A DNA stretch of 54,106 nt, counting the filler, from Sphacelaria rigidula (taxonomy: Eukaryota), in the NCBI GenBank assembly GCA_964200075.2. It is 4 parts of 4 records of this genome, joined end to end, with 100 filler letters (N's around TTAATTAATTAA, not from the genome) between each part and the next. Parts side by side here need not be neighbours in the genome. Positions count along the whole stretch, not along the records: positions 40,656 to 54,106 come from CAXNAA020002879.1; 3 more parts are not named here. The stretch is one strand, 5' to 3'. The position numbers and the translations under genes were made by a program. The notes under the pieces are model-generated. The model searched no databases and was not told the DNA's origin. It was given only the letters and a program-made list of their open reading frames with translations. Below are positions 46,001 through 54,106 of this stretch, one piece after another. Each line of letters begins with the position of its first letter. Position 1 is the first letter of the stretch.

Positions 46001-49000
46001 TATACTGATAAGCTGTCAGGAACTCCAACCAGCGTTACACACGCGGGTTATGTTCGCCACCTTTGGCGAGTTGTTCAAGTGCTCCGTGATCCGTGTAGAT
46101 TTGGAAAGGCACATGAAATAAATATTGTCGAGGGCGCTTTATGGCCGAAGGGATGACTCCGCCTTCGAGCTCCAGTGGACTCCAGTTGACCTCGTATGGC
46201 AGGGTGGCGCGACTGATGTAGAGGATGGGTCGAATAGAGCCGTCGAGTTGAGGCTGATTCAGGACCGCGCCGAACCCGTCGGTGCTCGCGTCTGTATGTG
46301 GTTGAAAGAGGCGAGAACCGCCATGTACGGCATTTCAATCTGGGAAACAGAGGGCCGACTTTTCGGCGAGCGTTTTCAGCAAGTCGCGCACGATAGCTTC
46401 CATGTCTTTGGTGAAGACAAACGCAGCGCCTTTTTGAGGCAAGTCCGTAATGGGGCAAATCCGTTTGGACAGGTTCGGCAAACATTTTCGATAGTAGGAC
46501 AGTTCACCCAATAATGAGCGGAGCTGAGTAATGTTCGTGGGCATCGGCAATTCAGTCATTGCCCTGACTTTGTCGGTTTCCGGGTGTAGACCCGCCGGTG
46601 AAATTGAGGGTCCCAGGAAATCCAGTTCAGTCGCGCCGAGGCGAGCTTTGGATGGAGACAGTTTCAAATCGTGCTTCCGCAGTCGAGAAAACAAGAGGGG
46701 AGGCATCGAATGCGATGGCGTGGTCCAAGCACATGATGATATGTTCGAGATTCTCTTTAGCGCGTTGCATGAAGTGTTAGAAACAACCTGTTGCAGTGGC
46801 GGCACCTTGTGGCATACGGAGCCATTCGTAGAGCCCAGAAGATATACAGAATGCTGTCAGTGGAACTGTATCAGAGTGGATGGCATTCTGGAAAAATCCA
46901 GAAGCGGGGTCGAAGGTACTGAATATCTTGCCTTCGCCTAGAGCGTCGAAGACTTCATCTATGTGAGGAATGGGAAGTTTCCCCATCGCAGTAATGCGAT
47001 TTAGTCGTTGATAATTCACGGTGATGCGCGTATGTTTCCATCGTTTTGGGGGACTACCACTTGAGGTAAGGCCCACGGATAAGAGGAGTGTTGGGTTAAT
47101 CGGGCAACTAAGTACGCATCTAAAATGGCGTTAACGTTTTTGGTAAGGATGGGGTTCGTCCGATACGGCCGAGAAGAGATTTGGCGAAACGCCAGGTTAA
47201 AGGATGAGATCAAAAGGCAGCTTCTTGCAATGCCCCAGACCCGTTTCGGATCGAGACAATCGGTCTTGGTACTCCAATAAAACATCGCTCAATTCTTTGA
47301 TTACAGCGGGTTTCCAACCGGATCCATGTAGGTCACAGTTGATGTCACGTAAAATGGGATGGAAGTTGATTCCACATGTGCAGGAATCCTTTCCGAGATT
47401 CCGGTGATAGGCGTTGCAGCACTTCAGCAGGAGGGTCGGACGTTGACGGCGCAGGGTCCACGATGTGGATACGTGATGGAGACGACGAGGTTACGTCAAA
47501 GTAGGGCTCATCGACGCAATTGACGGAACCGTCTGTCGGAGGCGCCGAGTTGGGCGTCGAGGATTCAGTGGCACATATTTCAAGTAGAATGCGTGCATGA
47601 GGGGAGCAGCGGCGATACCCAAAACATCTCCGGGTTCCAAGTTGGCATGACCCGTGAGGGGTAAACGCTGTTCTCCGGCGGAGGCAAAGTGATCTGTGCC
47701 CGCAGGCGCACCAACCCGAGGAAGCATTTCAGCGAGGTAATGTCCCGTAGGGCAGGCATACCATTTCGGCGGACGAGGGCAACTTCTAGCAGTTGAGGAT
47801 CGTCGGAGAGGGTAACACCAGCAGTACCATCGTATCGGAGGTGGTGAGCAGCTCCGGTAGCTTGTTCTTTTTTTTTATAGGCCAAGGCGCCGTGAAGAGT
47901 ACCGAAATGTTCAAGGTGGAGTTCTCCACGAGGCGCAGACTGTGGCGATAATGGTGGTAGCGTGCGGTAGGTGCGTTGACCAAGCCGCATGTAACTATCT
48001 CGGCCCATGAGTAAGGCGTGAGCCATGGTCCTGTTGGGGATAACATATGCCGAGACTGTAAGGCTGACAGAATGAGTTGTGTTGTGAAAGAATTGCACAC
48101 TGAGACGAACTGATATTCGTGTGGTCAAAGGTGCGGTGGGGTCACCAAAACCGCCCCATGCTCGAGGTTGGGTGGTGATTTCGCAGGCTGCTGAAGCAGT
48201 TCCAATGTGTTTCATGTGCTCCCACATTGATTCACGAATAAACGTTTGTGGGCTGCCGCTGTCTAACAAAGGGACACATTTGGCAGTCGTGGTTACGTAT
48301 GGTCCACAATGGAGCGCTACGCGAGTAGTAAAAGTTGCAGGATCAACAGGCACGTTACCGCCGACAAGATGCGGACCATGTTCAGCCAAGGTAAATTGAT
48401 CGGAATCAGTAATGCTGACGGCGAAAACGGACGGCGGGTGATCCACCGGGGGGTCAACTTTCTCACCAGAAAGTTTGGTGGATGATGTGTGATCCCCAGA
48501 GTGAGCACAGCTCGGCTGGTCATCAGCACTTTCAGCAATTTCATATATGACCGTTTTGGGAAGGCAGGGATCAACGTCTAAAGTAGATCCATGTTGTTCA
48601 GTGTAGTCCACAGAAGAGGTAGAAATATCCGAAGTATTTGATTTGGATTCTTCTAGCACACTTGACAAATTCATCGAGCTCAAAGTCGTCGCATTTCGGA
48701 GAGAGTGAGGTCGAGAGTGTTCTGTCGAGGGAGGTATACGTGTTGGTGCGCGTGCTTTAGTAGGGGCATGTTCACGGGCTTCCTCTCTCGCCATGACAAA
48801 GGGCGGGGAACTTCCAAAGTATTTGGGGAAAGCCCAACTGCGTCCAGCTGAGTGGAAGGGGTCAGCATCGGGGCATGCTCCAGCGAACCTTGTGGACTGT
48901 CCGCTGGAAAGCTTGGCTGAGGAGTCATAGCCGAAGGTATTGTAGGATCATTTATGTGAGAACCAGTCACGAGTAGCTTCGCATGGTGCGATGAACGCGA

Positions 49001-49417
49001 AGAATGAACTCGTTCGACCTGGGTGGGTGTTACATGGTCCGAAGTGGTCAAATTGAGACCAGCGGCACTTGAACCAGTCGAGTGAATTACACTACTGCCT
49101 GTGCGTGCGGTCGCTGAGGGAAGTCTTTGCCTCAGAGACGGGCGGTTGGTGTTCCCATACCTCAGACTTACGCTCAGTTCTGACGGACCAAGTCCAGAGC
49201 CGAGTGTAGGGCTAAGTTGTGAGCCAACGCAAGTGTTACGCTGTGTGTGAAGAGGTGAAGACGGGGGTCGGTATGAGCGGCCGTCACAAGTACTCCTGCA
49301 TAGTGCCGGGGAGGGTGAGCGAGAACGTTTTGTCACTCGTTCCGCGGTTGGTGTTGAAATGGTCTTCGTGTGTGCTGTCGGCGGCGCCGAGGACGTAAAA
49401 ACGCGGGCGTCGGCATC
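43100..49417 (-). pseudogene. pol: Pol polyprotein of element B
   Basis: Protease PLLDSGSPQTFI; RT RITVNYQRLN, FSTFDPASGFFQ, YEWLRMPQG, YxDD decayed to CLDH (46720-46731); RNase H TDASTDGFGAVL, HRPGKTNENADLLSRLP; integrase H..CHLG...CFKC, SFDYFGPLP, TDRFSR, LLSDNRQQF, AYHPNCNGGTER; multiple frameshifts and stops. Confidence 0.93.
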
Positions 49418-52400
49418 TCATGGATCGGTACGATCAGTCAAAAAGGAACCAGGGTTTCTGGCGTTGGGGTTTGAGTGATTGTGACTCGGCCCCGCGCGCT
49501 GGTGTCTATCAGCGGAATTCTGGTGACGGTGAGAAGAACTCTCTCCTCGCCGGCAGCCAGAGTTGTCGGAGTTGTTGGGGCAACTGTCGCGATTTGAGCG
49601 AGTGTTGTCGCGGTTGTTAGAAGGGCGGCGAGAATTACGGTTCGGTGTGCGGTGTTCACGCATGCGTTTCTGCCATTGGCGCCATGCTGGCCCATTGTCC
49701 TGCAGCTCAGAGTTTGTGAGGTCGAAAGAGTTGATACAAGGGCGAGTACAATCGCGCACACTGTGCCCCTGGGTGTTACAATTCACGCAACTATTTGCGT
49801 GGCGGCTGAAGGCCTCATGTCTAGCAGCAGACGAGAGGAGGGGGTTCCACAAGTGTGGATCATCTGTAGTAAACACAGAGGTAGATACAATGTAAACATC
49901 ATCCCAAGTCTCGGCGGAGTACGGCCATCCATCAAACGTGGCGCGGAACGGGTCTCTCTTGTTTGCAACGCTCATGACGGAGCTGGCCACTGAGGCAGGC
50001 ACCCACGAGGAACGAAGCGAAGTGTGAGACCGGCTGCGGGACCCTGAAGGGGTCAAAGAAGGCGCAGAAGCAGGCTGGGAACGAGCTAAAGCATACTTGT
50101 CGCTGCGAATGGCTGGCGTCGAGTTATTTTCTTGATGAACAAACGCACTCCACATTGCATCCGCAGAGGGATAAGGCACTTCGCGGTGGGCTAAAACACC
50201 GGGAAACAGTGACGGCATAAGCGTCGGGAACTGCTTGGACACACGGTCCCTCACATATGATCGACACGTTGCGTCCGATGGGCCAGTCTGGCGGCCTACC
50301 CCCATGGTGCTGGAAACGAGAAGCTCGAATTCTCGGAGGTCGTCCGCGACGGGGACATCTTTTGCGACACCGAAAGAATTAAGTGGTTGTATAGCACCCC
50401 CCTGGGTGCTGCGATCGAAGTAGCCGGTCAAGCGGCGCTCCAGATCACGGAGTAAATCCGGGCCTGACTTTTTCGAGGCGCGGTCCGCATTCATAGCGGC
50501 CATGAAACCATCAAGGACTTGTGTTAGAGCAGCGGCAGTGTCGGGCGAGCGACGGTTGATGGCGCAGTGCAGAGCTTTGTGAAGAGGGGTTTGCCATCCA
50601 TCAACACAGTTGGAATTTTCGAAACGTTGAGCACCCGTAGAGTCTGCTAGCTGAAGGATGTTTCGAAGAGTACGACGTATAGAAGTGATGAGAGCAAAAG
50701 TGAATTGTCCCGAGTCTTCGTTGTCTGCTGCAGGCATAGGTTTCACATGCCAAAGGTTTTTCACGGCTATTTGGATGTATCCTCTTTGGATGGTGGTGGT
50801 TCGGGCGGATTCCGCTCGAGCGGCGTCTACTGCTTCACTCGCTGCGGCTTGCTCTCGGTCGGCGGCAGCGGGAACCAGAGTGCGAGCCGAAGTGGAAGAT
50901 GATGGTTTATCCGAGTTGTCGTCCGAAAGGCCTAAAATGTGACGCGAAACATCTGCTAGACGCGGTGTAGTGCGACGTAGGTCGGCAGGATTCGACGCGG
51001 GCGAGTTCTTGGCAGACCGAATCCTGGGCTTGGTGGAAGAAGAGCTCGACGAGCCGCTACTCAGGTGTGTCCTGTTCAAACCGGTCGTGGGACGGATCAC
51101 GCGGTGTGGTTGGGTCCTCCTAGAGGAGGAGCTTGGACCTCCGTGGTTGTTGCGAGAATTACCGCTGCGATTGCGCTCATGGTCCGCAGCATCATGTCTG
51201 TGGCTTCGGCGACGAGGAGTCACCGAGATCCAGCCGTCATCACCTTGGGCTATGGCGGATGTGGAAGTGGCGCGCAATGCGTCGAAGAGCTCGACAATGG
51301 ACAGGTCATAAGGGGTGGTGGTTTGTTCGATGTGGCGGACTAATTGGTCAATGGTAATCGAAAAGAGACCATTGGGAGGACAGGCCCCAACATGTTCCAG
51401 GTAGGAAGCGACTGCGTTTTGGAGTGGTCGAACGAGCGCTAGCGAAGCGTCGCGAGAGGTTTGCAAAGGATTCGAGGGGGGTACTTACCCGCAAGAGTCT
51501 GCACAGAAAGCGTGAACCAAGGGGTGTCATCGCAGTGGATGGAGAAGCAGGGCGGTTTGGCACTGGTGTCGGGGCGGGCGGTCGGAGTAGGGGAGGGTGG
51601 TGATGGCGTGCGGTGGGAGCGAGGAGCGGCTACGGCGTGAGAGGCGCGTGAGCGCTCCTCCTGTAGTTCGCGGAGGGGAGCGTGATACTCCTCGGTGGAA
51701 AGTGTAGACGCCGCTGCATCTGTATTGCGTTGCCGATTGACGAAATCATTCATCATGGCTGGCGCGTGGGCAGCATACTCACGGATGAGTTGTTATTCGG
51801 TAGTGCGGCCATGGTCCATGATATTACGCGGGAGCAGCCCGAGTGGACAGTGCTCCGGACCCAACCGTGGCTGGTCCTGCTGCGACAAAGGCGCAGAATT
51901 GGAGGGCGCGACACTAGATGCAAAGGGGGTTGACGCGGGTGCGAGTGCACAAGGGGCCCCGAAGCCAGTATGGGTACCACTATCGGCGTCAGTGTCGGCG
52001 ACGGTGGCGGCAGCGGGAGTTGGGGCCGGGGCAGCAAAAGCTGCGGTTTTGGGGGGCGCGCGGGGGGGGTACTCATTTGTTGCTTGCCTTAGTCATTTGA
52101 CCATTGACCACGCATCCCTTTCGAGGCGGAGCGAGCGGGCGCGGGGGGGGGGCGAAGATCTGAAAATATGTCCCTCACGGCGCCGGCGTGCACAGTACCA
52201 TTTTTACGTGAGGAGCGCCGACGTGAAGAAAAGCTGGAGGCAGTAGAAATACGGGAGGAACGAGAGGTATGTCTCGAACTGTCGTCACGCGCGGTCATCC
52301 GTCGAGCGGGGGTGGTTATGTTGTGACGGGGAGGAGGTGGCCGTGGCGGTGTGGGTCAAAGTCGAGGTCCGGTGGACGTGGGTGCGGTTTGGCGTGGGTG

Positions 52401-53219
52401 GGCACTGGGGGCTACTTGCATGTCGGCGAAAGCCGAAGCAGAGCGGAGCAAGGTAGTGCATATAACTTGCAGTGCTGTGGCTATACTAACGTCCGGTACA
52501 GGGGCTGATTGCAGATTTGTGTCAGAAGCAGCCGCTGGGGTCGAAGACGGGTATCCTGAGTTGTGCAAAGCAGAAGTCAAAGAATTTGTCAACAAATGAT
52601 CATCAGCCAGGGCAGGAAAAGCAGCCGCGGATGTTGACGAAGTGTGTACCGGCGGGGCAGCGCGGGTAGTGGTGCCAGCAGTTGGGGCTCCAGTCGTGTG
52701 TGCCACCTGCACGACAGAACGGTCTTGGGCTGAAGCTTATGAGGCGAGATCCGCGCTGGCAGTAGAGTCATAGGGTGGGTTCGAGACCACGGGTGCCACC
52801 AGCGTGGTTGGGGGGTGGGACACAGGGTGTGTCAAGGTGGACCCAGTGCCGACGGCTGCGTCCGATGGGGTGTGTGCGACGACGAGTGCCACCAGCGTTG
52901 TAGAGGGTTGGGGCACAGAGCGTGTCTGTGAGAGCTGGTCACGGATGGAATGATGAGGGAGGGTCGGAAGGGTGCGAGAATCTGAGCTATGATCGGAACC
53001 AGAGCTGGGAGGGGGTGATGAGAACTGCACGGGTTTTTCCTCAAAACCGATGGATCGAGCAGCGCTCGAGACTGGTTTGCGTAAGGCTGAAGAATAATCA
53101 GCATCGGATCCAGAAAAACTAAAAGATCCGTAAGTTTGGCTCCGCGTACGGCGGGGCGGCTTGGGTCCCGTGTTGGGGGAGGAGGCGGTGGTGATACGCT
53201 GCGACATGTGTGAAGCCAA
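49418..53219 (-). pseudogene. gag: Large Gag-like ORF1 of element B (682-aa open segment 49418-51466 plus broken Ser/Pro/Thr-rich N-terminus)
   Basis: CCHC knuckle CVNCNTQGHSVRDC followed by an Arg/Asn-rich tail; lies upstream of the protease; N-terminal fragments continue up to ~53219. Confidence 0.8.
52044..52228. mobile_element. 185-bp insertion with perfect 8-bp TSD AAAAGCTG
   Basis: TSD at 52036-52043 and 52229-52236; removal joins LVPPVFLLPPAF|AAPAPTPAAATV in the gag frame; homologous to 3158-3365. Confidence 0.85.
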
Positions 53220-54106
53220 TACAGCGTCTACAAAGCGATACGTTCAGAGAACCCAGACCAAGAAGCAAAAGCCAACACGTGAACTCGATTTGTTTTTCTT
53301 CGGAATCACGAATGTTCGATAGGGTATGCAACAGCCACAGTAAAGGGGAAGAGTACCAGAAAAAGGCAAGCACGAAATATTTGATTGAAACGCAAACTTG
53401 AAACCGAAAACTAGTGTAAAAAGCGGAAGGGTAGCCTGTAACAGTGAAGCCAAGTTGGGTGCGGGACAAGTACAAGTGGCCCAGCGGAACACCCCGCAGA
53501 AGGCGGCGAAGGCAGTAGACAAAGTTGAACTGCCAGGGTCAAAACCGCAACAAAAAAGGGTGATTGACCACGATCGCCGAGTTTCAACGTCGCACGCTAC
53601 TGAAACAGTGGCAGAAACGATAACAATTCGTCAACTAATAAGGGCAGCTGTGTGCCGCCCGAAAAAAAAGAGGGAACACGTGTGGGGGGAAGAACCAGGG
53701 AAATAAAATGATTCCTACAAAAATGTGCAGTACGGCAAAAGCATAAGGGGAAAACAGAAAGCGTTTGCAGTAGCGTGAAGATGCCCAGATTTGACCACAC
53801 CACGGGGAAGTGCTACAACAGTGCCGCGTTGTGCGAACAAGGAGCGGACGGGGGCGATTTGCGGAAATAGAATCCGATATCGTAAATGCGGAAGCAACGC
53901 CGTGGATTTCACGGCAACTCCGTGCAGATGTCGCCTGCGGTCTTGTGTTGTGCTGCACTGAAGCGGGCAGATGGGATGAGGGGGAGTGGAGTGAATGTGG
54001 GGATATCTGCCGAAAAACAAGGGATACCTGCTGAAAGCAACCGATCATCTATGTTGAGGATGGTGCTTTTCATTGAGGATGGGAACCCGGAGGATTAAAA
54101 TCTTCG

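Larger units (their letters stand above)
41971..54106 (-). mobile_element. Decayed Ty3/Gypsy LTR retrotransposon (element B), 5' end beyond the contig edge
   Basis: Minus-strand gag, protease, RT, RNase H and integrase in Gypsy order; candidate 3' LTR at the left; no 5' LTR in the window. Confidence 0.93.

Noticed and set aside
52044-52228. Introner interpretation of the insertion
   Set aside because: A CAG acceptor is formed on the minus strand, but the frame-restoring donor position reads CT, not GT or GC.

Overview
Eukaryotic, transposon-rich DNA with no intact host gene I can support. A brown-algal (Phaeophyceae-like) origin is my inference from the element types and is not proven. The window is four artificially joined contigs of almost identical length (1-13452, 13553-27004, 27105-40555, 40656-54106), separated by 100-bp N/TTAATTAATTAA/N spacers, so adjacency across spacers is meaningless. 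Contig 2 holds a nested locus: a 5'-truncated, decayed RTE-type LINE (about 14465-16828), its ~860-bp compound AAT/GAT microsatellite tail, and a full-length decayed Ty3/Gypsy LTR element (17687-25659) that itself carries two small TSD-flanked insertions. Contig 4 is mostly a second, larger, decayed Ty3/Gypsy element on the minus strand (about 41971-54106). Contigs 1 and 3 are mosaics of MITE/foldback elements, piggyBac- and hAT-like ends, minisatellites and very decayed coding relics. The most interesting observations are: (1) the minus-strand Gypsy integrase ends in a chromodomain-like module followed by a second PWWP/Tudor-like module; (2) both Gypsy elements have gag and the downstream ORF in the same frame, separated by one stop codon followed by a hairpin, suggesting stop-codon readthrough; (3) the reconstructable LINE > microsatellite > Gypsy > MITE nesting; and (4) an end-to-end piggyBac-like junction lacking TTAA. 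All domain calls are by eye and need HMM or structure confirmation.
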